Assembly (NCBI GenBank): GCA_028688055.1
Contig: JAQTYZ010000003.1
Span: forward strand, 1,191 to 65,190
Direction of reading: 5' to 3'
DNA: 64,000 bases
From: Patescibacteria group bacterium
GTDB taxonomy: Bacteria > Patescibacteriota > Patescibacteriia > Buchananbacterales > UBA6539
A program made the position numbers and the translations under genes. The notes under the pieces were generated by a model that was not told the origin of the DNA, did no database searches, and saw only the letters and a list, made by a program, of their open reading frames with translations. Below are positions 49,631-59,717 of this stretch, in pieces. The stretch's first letter is position 1. Each line of letters opens with the position of its first letter.

Positions 49631-49786
49631 AGTTAAATAATGTTTTACACCGGTGCTGCGGCCGGTCTTAATTTAATTGATTGAGCGCTAATACGGCTGA
49701 GGTTTTGTTGAGTAAATGAGACTGGACAGGATAGCTGAAAAAAACTAAAATTACCAGTATCGCGCATTAAATATATTAATTTAGAG

Positions 49787-51853
49787 ATGAAACTTGATTT
49801 AGATAATTCGGTTTCGGCCTTGGGTCGGGTCGGACAGGCCACCGCCAAGCGACTAAAAAAGCTAGGTATTGAAACGGTCAAGGACCTGATTTTTTATTAT
49901 CCGGTTCGCTGGGAAGATTGGAGTCAGATTTCCGTTATTAATGATTTAAAGCCAGATACCACCGTTACCATTAAAGCCAAACTTCAGCTGATTAATAATC
50001 GAAGAAGTTTTAAGGCGCGAAAAATTATTACGGAAGGGTTAATTGCCGACGAGACTGGTTTACTAAAAGTGATTTGGTTTAATCAGCCTTTTTTGACAAA
50101 AAATTTAAAACCCGGTGATGAAATTTATTTTTCTGGTAAAGTTGATTTTGATAAATATTCACTGCAACTAGTCAATCCAGCTTATGAAAAAGTCAGGGCA
50201 GAGACGATTCATACCGCTAGGTTAGTGCCAATGTATTCGCTAACTGATGGTCTTAGCCAAAAACAATTGCGATTTTTAATCAAGGCCGCGTTAGTGGCCG
50301 CCGACCAAATTAAAGACTATTTGCCAGCGGACATCAGGTCAACTAATAAATTCGTTGGCTTGAAAGACGCGATTTTATCAGTGCATTTTCCACAAAATCA
50401 GCAAATTTTAAATGAGGCGATTCGGCGCCTTAAATTTGATGATATTTTTTTATTTGAATTAAAAATTTTAAAGGCCAAAAATGAGCTGGAGCAAAGTTTG
50501 GCTGAACCGATAAAATTTAATGAAAATGAAACCAAAAGGTTTGTTGATAGTTTGCCCTTTGAGTTGACTAATGATCAGCGCCAATCGGCTTGGAAAATTA
50601 TTTCAGATTTAGCAAAGGACCGGCCAATGAATCGACTGCTGGAAGGTGATGTTGGATCTGGTAAGACTGTGGTGGCATCGATTGCCATGTTAAACGCGGC
50701 TTTCAGCCAAAAGCAATCGGTTTTAATGGCACCGACTGAAATTTTAGCTTACCAACATTATGAAACTATTGTTAATTTGTTTAAAAAATTTGACGTCAAA
50801 ACTTGTTTACTAACAAAGTCTTGGGCACTCCTAGATGGATTAAGATCCACTAAAAGTCAAATAATCGACGGAATTAGAAACGGTAAAATTTTGATTGTGG
50901 TTGGTACTCAAAGTTTAATTCAGGAAAGTATTTTATTTCATGATTTAGGCTTGGCCGTTATTGATGAACAGCACCGATTCGGAGTTAATCAACGTTTGGA
51001 GCTAAAGAATAAATCGGGAAATAAACAAACCGTTCCACATTTGTTGACTATGACGGCAACGCCAATTCCGCGATCATTAGCGCTGACGCTTTATGGTGAT
51101 TTGGATATCTCAATTATTAGACAATTGCCTAAAAATCGAAAGAAAATTGAAACTAAAATTGTCGAATCTGAAAAACGAGAAGAAGTCTATCAGTTTATTA
51201 AAAACCAAATCCAAAACGGCCGTCAAACTTTTGTCGTTTGTCCGTTAATTGATCCCTCAGATAAACTAGGAGTTAGGTCGGTCACTGAAGAATATGATAA
51301 ATTGGTCAAAAAAATATTTCCAACGTTAAAAATTTCGATGTTGCATGGTAAATTAAAATCTTCGGAAAAAGAAAAGGTGATGGCTGATTTTTCAATCGGG
51401 AAAAGTGATATTTTAGTCACAACCTCCGTGATTGAAGTCGGAGTTGACGTTCCTAACGCGACGGTGATGATGATTGAAGGCGCTGATCGATTCGGTTTAG
51501 CTCAATTGCATCAATTTCGGGGGCGTGTCGGCAGAGCCGAACATCAATCTTATTGCTTTCTGTTGACTGAAAGTCGAAGTGAAAAAACTAAAAGTAGATT
51601 AACTTCGTTGGTGACTGCCGCCGATGGTTTTGAATTAGCGGAATTAGATTTGCAAAGCCGGGGACCGGGTGAAATTTACGGTTTTGAACAATCGGGTTGG
51701 CCGGAGTTTAAAATGGCAAAATTAACTGATCTTGAAATTATCGAACTAGGTAAATATTGGGCCGAAGCGTTATTAAAAAAAGACCCAGAGCTGGTTAATT
51801 ATCCGGGGCTTTTTGATCTTATTTTTGAAAGCGTCAAACTTCATTTAGAATAG
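49787..51853 (+). CDS. recG: ATP-dependent DNA helicase RecG
   Basis: Wedge/OB N-terminus, helicase motifs GDVGSGKT, DEQHRFGV and HQFRGRVGR. 688 aa. Confidence 0.93.
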   Translation: MKLDLDNSVSALGRVGQATAKRLKKLGIETVKDLIFYYPVRWEDWSQISVINDLKPDTTVTIKAKLQLINNRRSFKARKIITEGLIADETGLLKVIWFNQPFLTKNLKPGDEIYFSGKVDFDKYSLQLVNPAYEKVRAETIHTARLVPMYSLTDGLSQKQLRFLIKAALVAADQIKDYLPADIRSTNKFVGLKDAILSVHFPQNQQILNEAIRRLKFDDIFLFELKILKAKNELEQSLAEPIKFNENETKRFVDSLPFELTNDQRQSAWKIISDLAKDRPMNRLLEGDVGSGKTVVASIAMLNAAFSQKQSVLMAPTEILAYQHYETIVNLFKKFDVKTCLLTKSWALLDGLRSTKSQIIDGIRNGKILIVVGTQSLIQESILFHDLGLAVIDEQHRFGVNQRLELKNKSGNKQTVPHLLTMTATPIPRSLALTLYGDLDISIIRQLPKNRKKIETKIVESEKREEVYQFIKNQIQNGRQTFVVCPLIDPSDKLGVRSVTEEYDKLVKKIFPTLKISMLHGKLKSSEKEKVMADFSIGKSDILVTTSVIEVGVDVPNATVMMIEGADRFGLAQLHQFRGRVGRAEHQSYCFLLTESRSEKTKSRLTSLVTAADGFELAELDLQSRGPGEIYGFEQSGWPEFKMAKLTDLEIIELGKYWAEALLKKDPELVNYPGLFDLIFESVKLHLE

Positions 51854-51855
51854 TA

Positions 51856-53199
51856 CTATTCAATCAATTTTAAAGCTTCAGTTAAATTAGCAACGGTTTG
51901 TAGCGTCATTTTAGGCGAATTTATTTTTTCTTTAATTTTAGGCATAATGACGGTTTTAAAGCCAAGCCGATGAAGTTCGGTTAAGCGTTTGCCAATTTGA
52001 GTAACGGGACGAATTTCACCGCCGAGACCAACTTCGCCAAACGCCGCCAGGTCGGAAGAAATGATTTTATTTTTTAGGGCCGACGCAACGGCTAAACAGA
52101 CTGGTAAATCAATGGCTGGTTCGGTAACTTTTAAGCCCCCGACCAAATTTAAATAGATATCTTGATTCATTAATTTAATATTTGAACGTTGTGACAGGGC
52201 GGCGACTAAGAGTTGCAGCCGATTTAAGTCAAAGCCGGACGAGCGGCGTTGTGGGTAGCCGAAGTTAGTTTGATTCACTAGGGCCTGAACTTCAAGCAAA
52301 AAAATTCTTGAACCTTCTAAAACTGGCGCAATAATTGAGCCGGCAGTTGACTGTTTGTCACCCAAAAAAATGGCGGCTGGGTCACTGACTTCAGTTAAGC
52401 CGTTGGAGCGCATTTCAAAAATACCAACTTCTGACGTTGAGCCAAAACGATTTTTGGCGCCGCGTAGAATTCTTAAGGTGTGGAATTGGTCACCCTCAAG
52501 ATAAAGAACAACATCAACAAGATGTTCAAGCGTTTTTGGTCCGCCCACATCACCGTCTTTAGTAACGTGGCCAATTATTAAAATTGTAATATCATTTTGC
52601 TTGGCGACTTCCAGGAGTTTGGTGGTGGAAATTCTGACTTGGTTGACACTGCCGGCACCTGATGGCGATTCAGCGGAGTGAATTGTTTGAATTGAGTCAA
52701 TAATGACAAACTTGGGTTTTTGTTCAACGATCGTTGAAACGATCGTTTCAACATTTGTTTCACCAAGAAATTTTAATTGATCAGATTTTATTTTTAGGCG
52801 ATCAAGCCTCGTTTTAATTTGACTACCAGATTCTTCGCCGGAAACATAGAGAATTGGAACATTGAGTGTTGAGCATATTTGTAAAACAATTGTTGATTTA
52901 CCAATGCCAGGCTCGCCGCCAAGCAATATTAAAGAGCCATTAACCAAGCCACCGCCTAAAACGCGGTCGATTTCATTGAGACCGGTTTTAAGGCGCTGAA
53001 AGTCGGCGGTTTTAATGTCGGTAAACGCGATAACTTTTCCGGGTGCAACTGAAATTTTATTTTTTGACTCAGTTGCTGGTTTAGCTTGAGTTTTTGCCAA
53101 AGTTCCCCACTGGCCGCATTCGCTGCAACGTCCTTGCCATTTTGGAAATTGACTATCGCAATTAGTGCAGCTAAAAATTTCGGAATGATTTTTTGCCAT
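51856..53199 (-). CDS. radA: DNA repair protein RadA/Sms
   Basis: Zinc finger CTNCDSQFPKWQGRCSECGQWGT, Walker A GGEPGIGKST, a KNRFG motif and a Lon-like C-terminus. Start placed at the Met of MAKNHS just after the upstream gene's stop. Confidence 0.92.
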   Translation of the reverse strand: MAKNHSEIFSCTNCDSQFPKWQGRCSECGQWGTLAKTQAKPATESKNKISVAPGKVIAFTDIKTADFQRLKTGLNEIDRVLGGGLVNGSLILLGGEPGIGKSTIVLQICSTLNVPILYVSGEESGSQIKTRLDRLKIKSDQLKFLGETNVETIVSTIVEQKPKFVIIDSIQTIHSAESPSGAGSVNQVRISTTKLLEVAKQNDITILIIGHVTKDGDVGGPKTLEHLVDVVLYLEGDQFHTLRILRGAKNRFGSTSEVGIFEMRSNGLTEVSDPAAIFLGDKQSTAGSIIAPVLEGSRIFLLEVQALVNQTNFGYPQRRSSGFDLNRLQLLVAALSQRSNIKLMNQDIYLNLVGGLKVTEPAIDLPVCLAVASALKNKIISSDLAAFGEVGLGGEIRPVTQIGKRLTELHRLGFKTVIMPKIKEKINSPKMTLQTVANLTEALKLIE

Positions 53200-53200
53200 G

Positions 53201-54475
53201 CTACTTGAGTGAAATAGTGTAAAGTCGGCCGTTAGTTTTGGAAGTAAAATAGAGACTGCCGCCATCTTTGGTAACCATTAATTTATCAATATTGATATCA
53301 CCCTGCGGTACCGCCACTTTAGTTTTAATGCCATTAGTCAAATCCACCTTATAGATGTCAGTCGGTGAAGTGTCTAAATCGTTGTTAAAAATGCCGGCCC
53401 CAGTTTGTAAGGTTCTGGGAACAGCACAATAGACTGTCGAGTTGTCTTGAAAGGTGCATTTGTCAGCCCAAGTCTCTAGGTTAATGCTTTTGCGATTTTG
53501 ACCGATGTTGTCACCTTGGGCATCAACGATCCAGAGGGTCGGTTTGTAGTCAGTGTTGCTGGAGTAAACGCTATAAAGCAGTTTATCGCCACTACTTGAC
53601 CATTGACTTTGAAAACCACGGCCTTCAATTATTGCTGACTTAAAGTTTTCACCATTGATACCAACAAAATAAAGATTTTGTCGATCAAAATCTAAGTCCT
53701 CAGTAAATGTAGCGATTATTTGATTGTTTGGTGACCAGCTTGAGTAGACAGTCGCATCTTGATCACCAAGTGGTTCAATTTTTTTAGCTTGTGATCCATC
53801 GGCATTCGAGATTGCCAGCCAGCGATTTTCGGGGTCGGTGCCCATACTTTTAAAAACGATTTGATCACCAGTTGGTGAGAAGCTGAAATTTTTCCAGTGT
53901 TCGGGCAAAGTTACCTGTCGGCCAGTATCAAAATTGTAAAGAATATTTGCGCCATCAGGATATTCTAAAACCGCTTGTTTTTTATCCGGTGACCAGGTGA
54001 CATTTTGAACTGAATAAAAAACTTTGTCACTTAAGGGAATAACTTTTCCATTTGATCCAATTTCATAAAATATTCCGGATGTTTTGTCATAGTAGGCCGC
54101 GCTGGTACCGTCGGCCGTGATGGAAATTGAGCTGGCTTGGCCGGTGGTTAGCGCAATGGTTTTAGTAAGTCCGCCATTGGCGATTACTGAGACTGTTGTT
54201 TGGCCGGTGGTTAGCGGCAAATCGATTGTTGGATTTAAATTTGTATCGGTTGTGGTGCTTGAGCCGGGTAAGGCACCGTTGATGTCGTTGGCAATCGGAA
54301 TGTTGACGTTGGTACCAGTTACGGGTAAGCCGCCTTCACCGGTCAGGGCATTGATATTTTGATTAGCAGTTGGAATCGTTGGTTTTAAAAATAGAAAATA
54401 GAGCAGATAGCCGATTAACAAAACGGCGACGACAAAGCCGACTAGTAAGGCAATTCTTTTCCAATTTATATTCAT
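53201..54475 (-). CDS. signal-anchored TolB-like beta-propeller (PD40/WD40-like repeat) protein
   Basis: N-terminal TM, then repeated WSP(D/N)xxxxxx units (WSPDKKQAVL, WSPNNQIIAT, FSPTGDQIVF). Confidence 0.65.
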   Translation of the reverse strand: MNINWKRIALLVGFVVAVLLIGYLLYFLFLKPTIPTANQNINALTGEGGLPVTGTNVNIPIANDINGALPGSSTTTDTNLNPTIDLPLTTGQTTVSVIANGGLTKTIALTTGQASSISITADGTSAAYYDKTSGIFYEIGSNGKVIPLSDKVFYSVQNVTWSPDKKQAVLEYPDGANILYNFDTGRQVTLPEHWKNFSFSPTGDQIVFKSMGTDPENRWLAISNADGSQAKKIEPLGDQDATVYSSWSPNNQIIATFTEDLDFDRQNLYFVGINGENFKSAIIEGRGFQSQWSSSGDKLLYSVYSSNTDYKPTLWIVDAQGDNIGQNRKSINLETWADKCTFQDNSTVYCAVPRTLQTGAGIFNNDLDTSPTDIYKVDLTNGIKTKVAVPQGDINIDKLMVTKDGGSLYFTSKTNGRLYTISLK

Positions 54476-54490
54476 ATATTTTTTTATTTT

Positions 54491-55567
54491 TTAATTTGTT
54501 GGTAGTGGCGGTGAAGATATAATGCCGCCGCAGGTACCAACACCAAAAACATGACCGCCAATGCACTTAATAAAGTCCCAGGAAAATCCAGTCACCTGAT
54601 ATAATGTATCAAGTGGGTGCAACCAAACGTAGGCAATAACTGCTACTAATAGTATAACGGCAAAAATAACAATTAGCCAAAGAAATCCGAGGAAGAAGCA
54701 GCCAATGACTTCTAATAGTTCAACAATTTTAGATAATTTTTCACCGGCTTTACCTCCGGCAGTCTTGGCTTTTTTGGGGATCCATTCTTCGCCAAATTTA
54801 CAAAAAAATATTGATAAGGGGGTGAAGTAAGCCAGTAGATAGTGAAGCGGGATATAAAAATATGATAAGCCAAAGGAGTCGGGAAGGTTTAGCCAGGCTT
54901 GCTTTAAAATTTCACCGGTGCCGGTCAGTGAGCTAACAGTTTGTTCAAGTTTTTGAATAGCCTGACTGGTTTTTTTTGTATCCTTTTCCGCCTGTCGTAA
55001 CTTCCGCCCCGTCAAATGGCGACGCCAGTTTTTTTCTTGAGTCTGTTGATTGTATTGTTTTTTAAGGTTATCTTTTTTGTCGGTTTTTTGCCCCAGCGCT
55101 TTTCGCTGTTGATCTAAATTTTGTTGGGCTTGTTGGGCTCTGGTTTGGGGTTGATTCTCGTCATTTTCGTCTTCGTCAGCTGGTGCATCATTTTGGTTGT
55201 CGGATGCTGCTTGATTAGCATTTTGATCGCCAGTCAAGCCCGCTGGATTAGTTTTTTCAGGAGTAGCCCCTTGGGTTCTAGGGAAATGTCGAGTTTCGGC
55301 GGCGGTGTTTTTAAGCGGTTGGCTTTTTTTGTTACTCAGGGAAGCGGTCGCCGGATGGTCCTCGTCATTTTCGGCTTCGTCAGCTGGGGCATCATTTTGC
55401 GCTAGTTGATCTTGGCGTCTGGCCGCTTGTAAATTTCGCTGGTGTTGCTTTTCTTGTTTGTATTTATTGAAGTCGACAATATTATCCCGCGGTACCAAAC
55501 GGTCGAGAGATTCCATTGAACCGTTTAGATCTTCAACGGAAATTTTTCTGGCTGGCTCGCCCATCAA
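54491..55567 (-). CDS. hypothetical protein with an acidic/Gln-rich low-complexity repeat region and a C-terminal membrane hairpin
   Basis: Repeats ..NDAPADE(A/D)ENDE(D/N).P.., a tandem nucleotide repeat of about 45 nt roughly 190 nt apart (around 55150 and 55340), and C-terminal TM helices (LWLIVIFAVILLVAVIAYVWL). Confidence 0.55.
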   Translation of the reverse strand: MMGEPARKISVEDLNGSMESLDRLVPRDNIVDFNKYKQEKQHQRNLQAARRQDQLAQNDAPADEAENDEDHPATASLSNKKSQPLKNTAAETRHFPRTQGATPEKTNPAGLTGDQNANQAASDNQNDAPADEDENDENQPQTRAQQAQQNLDQQRKALGQKTDKKDNLKKQYNQQTQEKNWRRHLTGRKLRQAEKDTKKTSQAIQKLEQTVSSLTGTGEILKQAWLNLPDSFGLSYFYIPLHYLLAYFTPLSIFFCKFGEEWIPKKAKTAGGKAGEKLSKIVELLEVIGCFFLGFLWLIVIFAVILLVAVIAYVWLHPLDTLYQVTGFSWDFIKCIGGHVFGVGTCGGIISSPPLPTN

Positions 55568-55569
55568 AT

Positions 55570-58062
55570 TTAAATAATTATTTGATTATTTTTAACCTTA
55601 ACAGTTAGCTGATGTTTTTTCTTATTAGTCGCTTGTAGAATCTTATTAGCCATCTGGCTTTCAATTAAATTTTGGATTGTTTGTCTAATGGCTCGGGCGC
55701 CAACGTCAGGACTAAAACTATTTTTGGCAATAAAATTAACAACCTCATCACTAATTTTCAGATTTATTCCTTGTTTAGCCAGTCTTTCCTGTAGTTCATT
55801 TAATTGGAGCGTGGTTATTTTTTCGATATCATTTATTTTAAGGGGTTTAAAAACGACGACCTTATCTAAGCGGCTCAAAAATTCAGGCGGAAATTTTTCT
55901 TTTAATTTATCCAGCACGGAGTTCTTTATTGTTTCCATTTTAGGTAAATCATCACCAGCGGCATTTTTGTCAGAATTCTGAAAACCAATGGCGGCTTGGC
56001 GGTTAAAACTTTCTGAGCCTAGGTTGGAAGTCATGATAATGATGGTATTTTTAAAGTTTATTTTTTTACCCGTCGCATCAGTTAGCTGACCATCTTCAAG
56101 AATTTGGAGCAAGAGGTTAAAAATCTGACGATGGGCTTTTTCAATTTCATCAAATAGGACAACGGAATAAGGCCGGTGCTTAACCGCGTCAGTTAGCTTG
56201 GTGCCCTCTTTGTAGCCAACATAGCCAGCCGGCGCGCCAATTAATTTGGAGATATTAAAGCTCTCGGCATATTCGGACATGTCGATTTTTATCAGACTTT
56301 GCGGATTGCCAAATACCGTTTTCGCAATGGTCCGGGCCAGCTCAGTTTTGCCGACGCCGGAGGGCCCAAGAAAAATAAATGAGCCGATGGGACGATTAGC
56401 ATCATTAATACCGGTTCGCGAACGTCTGATAAACTCGGCGACTGATTTTAAGGCCTCGGCCTGGCCGACAATTTTTTCGCCTAGGATTTTTTCTAAGTTT
56501 AGGAGTGAGTTTTTTTCTTCAACAATTAAATCAGACAGGGGAACGCTGGTTATTTTCGAAACAACGGCCGCAATGTCTTGCTCGGTAATTTGGTCGAGAA
56601 CTGTTTCCTGCTTTTTAATTAGCTGTTGTCTGGCTTCCCGGAGTTTGGCCATAATTTCCTGCTCTTGTTGGCGCAATTTGATTGCGGCGGAAAATTTTTC
56701 TTTTGATACATTGTCTCGTTTTTTTTGTTCAATATGCCGAAGTTGATTTTCAAGCTGGGAAATTTCGCGGGTCAAGGGGTTTACTGACCTTTTTATTTTG
56801 GCCGCCGCGGATGCTTCATCAATCAGGTCAATGGCTTTGTCCGGCAAGAATCGGTCTGAAATATAGCGGTCCGATAATTGGGCGGCGGCTGTAATGGCCG
56901 ATTTGGTTATTTTGACTTGATGGAATAATTCATAATTTTCTTTAATGCCTTCAAGAATAGCAATCGTTTTTTCAACCGACGGTTGACTAACAAAGATTGG
57001 TTGGAAGCGGCGATCAAGCGCCGGATCGCTTTCAATATATTTTTTGTATTCTTCGGTGGTGGTCGCGCCAATACAGCGAATTTCGCCGCGGGCTAGCGCC
57101 GGTTTTAAAATATTAGCCGCGTCCATTGAGCCGGTGGCCGAACCAATGCCGATAATATTATGAATTTCATCGATAAATAAGATAATATTTGGGTTGCGTT
57201 TAACTTCAGTAATAATTTGTTTGAGGCGATTTTCAAATTCACCGCGGAAACTTGTCCCGGCCACAACTAAACTTAAGTCCAGCGTATATATTTTTTTTCC
57301 GACTAAAACTTCAGGCACGTCGCCCTGAGTAATTTTTTTGGCCAAGCCTTCGACAATCGCCGTTTTACCAACACCCGGATCGCCCAACAGCAGCGGGTTA
57401 TTTTTATTGCGGCGTGATAATATTTGAATTAATCTTTCAATTTCAATTTCACGTCCAATCACCGGATCGATTTCTCTTTGAATATTTGGGTCGGTTAAAT
57501 TGGTGCCAAACACTTCCAGGGCTGATGATTGGCGTGTGGTAGTCTCACTAGCGCCGAATAATTCGTCGTTATTTTCTGAATTATTAAAGCTAGCCATTGA
57601 GTTAGTAATGTCCGGAAATTTTGAAGTGCTATTTAAAATCAGTTCAACTTGTTTTTTAATGTCCTTAATGTTGATGCCTTTGGCTTCAAGAAAAAGGGTA
57701 ATGTTCAAATCTTCCAGCGACAGTAACGAAGCTAAAATATGCTCGGTGCCGATGTAGTAGTGATGATTCAGATTGGCGAGGATAAAAGATTTTTCAATGA
57801 TTTTTTTGGTCGCTTGAGATAGGCCAATTTGTGTGATGGTTTCCGATGCTTTCGGTTCATTTTTGATCATTTTTTTAATTTCCGTTGACTCAACTTTCGC
57901 TTGGTGCAAAATTTGCGCCGCGATGCTACCCTTTTGTTGGCTTAAACCGTAAAGAATATGTTGGGGAGTAATATTTTTATTTCCGGCCGCTAACGCTAAA
58001 CTCAGCGCATTTTTCAAAGCGTTTTTGGAGTGGTCGCTAAATTTATTAAAAATTGAATCCAT
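55570..58062 (-). CDS. clpC: Clp-family AAA+ chaperone (ClpC-type ATP-binding subunit)
   Basis: Clp_N repeats, AAA-1 [15 protein letters not shown], a short M-domain, AAA-2 [15 protein letters not shown]. 830 aa. Confidence 0.85.
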   Translation of the reverse strand: MDSIFNKFSDHSKNALKNALSLALAAGNKNITPQHILYGLSQQKGSIAAQILHQAKVESTEIKKMIKNEPKASETITQIGLSQATKKIIEKSFILANLNHHYYIGTEHILASLLSLEDLNITLFLEAKGINIKDIKKQVELILNSTSKFPDITNSMASFNNSENNDELFGASETTTRQSSALEVFGTNLTDPNIQREIDPVIGREIEIERLIQILSRRNKNNPLLLGDPGVGKTAIVEGLAKKITQGDVPEVLVGKKIYTLDLSLVVAGTSFRGEFENRLKQIITEVKRNPNIILFIDEIHNIIGIGSATGSMDAANILKPALARGEIRCIGATTTEEYKKYIESDPALDRRFQPIFVSQPSVEKTIAILEGIKENYELFHQVKITKSAITAAAQLSDRYISDRFLPDKAIDLIDEASAAAKIKRSVNPLTREISQLENQLRHIEQKKRDNVSKEKFSAAIKLRQQEQEIMAKLREARQQLIKKQETVLDQITEQDIAAVVSKITSVPLSDLIVEEKNSLLNLEKILGEKIVGQAEALKSVAEFIRRSRTGINDANRPIGSFIFLGPSGVGKTELARTIAKTVFGNPQSLIKIDMSEYAESFNISKLIGAPAGYVGYKEGTKLTDAVKHRPYSVVLFDEIEKAHRQIFNLLLQILEDGQLTDATGKKINFKNTIIIMTSNLGSESFNRQAAIGFQNSDKNAAGDDLPKMETIKNSVLDKLKEKFPPEFLSRLDKVVVFKPLKINDIEKITTLQLNELQERLAKQGINLKISDEVVNFIAKNSFSPDVGARAIRQTIQNLIESQMANKILQATNKKKHQLTVKVKNNQIII

Positions 58063-58063
58063 C

Positions 58064-58957
58064 TTATGAAGCCATTTTTCTTAAGTTAATAATGCGATCT
58101 TCCAGCGGCGGGTGAGTCGAAAATAAACCCGACATCATGTGTTTGGTGCGACCAAACGGTGACGAGATATAAAGGTGGGCGGTGGCATTGTTGGCGTGTT
58201 GTAACGGCATATTTTCGGCGGCGATTTTTTCTAAGGCGCGAGCCAAACCTTCGGGGTAGCGCGTCAAGAGCGCCCCGGAGGCATCGGCTAAATATTCGCG
58301 TTTGCGCGAGACGGCCAGTTGAATTAATTTGCCGATTAGGGGGGACAGTACTAATAGGATGACGCCAAACGCCATAAGAATCAATTGCAGTCGTCCGTCT
58401 TCGCGGTCGTCGCGGCGGCCGCCCCAAAATCTAATTCTGATAAACCAGTCTGACAGTAAGGCCATTAATCCCACCAAGACCAGAACTAAGGTCATTAGTA
58501 AAATATCATAATTTTTGACGTGTGAAAGTTCGTGAGCCAGCACGCCTTCGAGCTCTTCATTCGCTAATTTTTCGATAGCACCGGTGGTTACCGCGACTGA
58601 GGCGTGTTGCGGATTACGTCCGGTGGCAAAAGCGTTAATGGCCGCGTCGGCGATAACATAAACTTTGGGCATCGGTAGACCAGCGGTAATCGCGAGATTC
58701 TCAACCATCCGATAAAGATAAGGATTGTCAGTTTGCGCAATGGGACCTTGAGCCCCGGCCGTCGCTAAAGCGAGTTTGTCACCCTGGAAATAACCTAGCA
58801 GGGAAGTGACAACGGCGATCAATAACGCCAAAATTACGCCGGCGTAACCGGAGTCGGTAGTGACTGAAAAAATCCAGCCAATCAATACCACAATGGCAAC
58901 GAATATTGCCACTAATAAAACAGTTTTTCTTTTATTACTATCAATTTGTTGATACAT
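58064..58957 (-). CDS. htpX: zinc metalloprotease HtpX (M48 family)
   Basis: HELSHVKNYD (HExxH) and an M48 topology with 4 TM. Confidence 0.88.
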   Translation of the reverse strand: MYQQIDSNKRKTVLLVAIFVAIVVLIGWIFSVTTDSGYAGVILALLIAVVTSLLGYFQGDKLALATAGAQGPIAQTDNPYLYRMVENLAITAGLPMPKVYVIADAAINAFATGRNPQHASVAVTTGAIEKLANEELEGVLAHELSHVKNYDILLMTLVLVLVGLMALLSDWFIRIRFWGGRRDDREDGRLQLILMAFGVILLVLSPLIGKLIQLAVSRKREYLADASGALLTRYPEGLARALEKIAAENMPLQHANNATAHLYISSPFGRTKHMMSGLFSTHPPLEDRIINLRKMAS

Positions 58958-58963
58958 CCTGGT

Positions 58964-59518
58964 TTAAAATTTTACGGAAACATTTTCCCGTTCCGCCGAT
59001 TCGGCCTGAAAGAATTCGAACGCTTTGAAGCTCATCATGCCGGCGATTAAATTTGTTGGGAAGACCTGGATTTGCGTATTGAAGTCTCTAACATTGCCGT
59101 TGTAGAACCGTCGGGCAGCTTGAATTTTATTTTCCGTGTCAGCTAGTTCATCTTGAAGTTTTAGGAAATTTTGTGACGCTTTTAAATCCGGATAATTTTC
59201 CGCGACGGCAAAAATTGATTTGAGTGATTCAGTTAACATATTTTCCGCTTGGCCTTTGGCGGCTGTACCCTGGGCGTTCACCGCCGCGGCGCGCGCCGCG
59301 GTAACTTTCTCAAACAATTCGCGTTCATGAGTGGCATAGCCCTTAACGGTTTCAATTAAGTTTGGGATTAAGTCATGTCGTCGCTTTAACTGAACGTCAA
59401 TATCGGCGAAGGCTTCGCTGACTCGATTTTTTTGACGAATTAAACCGTTAAAAACGACAATGAGCCAGATGGCAAGTATGGCCACGATGGCCAATATTAT
59501 AGATAACCAGGTATTCAT
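58964..59518 (-). CDS. lemA: LemA-family protein
   Basis: N-terminal TM and LemA core (LIRQKNRVSEAFADIDVQLKRRHDLIPNLIETVKGYA). Confidence 0.85.
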   Translation of the reverse strand: MNTWLSIILAIVAILAIWLIVVFNGLIRQKNRVSEAFADIDVQLKRRHDLIPNLIETVKGYATHERELFEKVTAARAAAVNAQGTAAKGQAENMLTESLKSIFAVAENYPDLKASQNFLKLQDELADTENKIQAARRFYNGNVRDFNTQIQVFPTNLIAGMMSFKAFEFFQAESAERENVSVKF

Positions 59519-59717
59519 ATTTTTTAATTAGGTTAATAAGCGATTGATTTGATTTTTTGTTGGCGTCAAACCTTTTTTTGTGTTAAAATATATTTGTGAT
59601 ATTGTTTTTCTTTGTGTATATTATATAATAAAAGAAGAGGTTTGGTCAAAGTGAATATTATTTTTAATAATTTTGAAAAATTCTTCCTGAAATAAAGGGG
59701 GATTAGTTGAAAAAATT

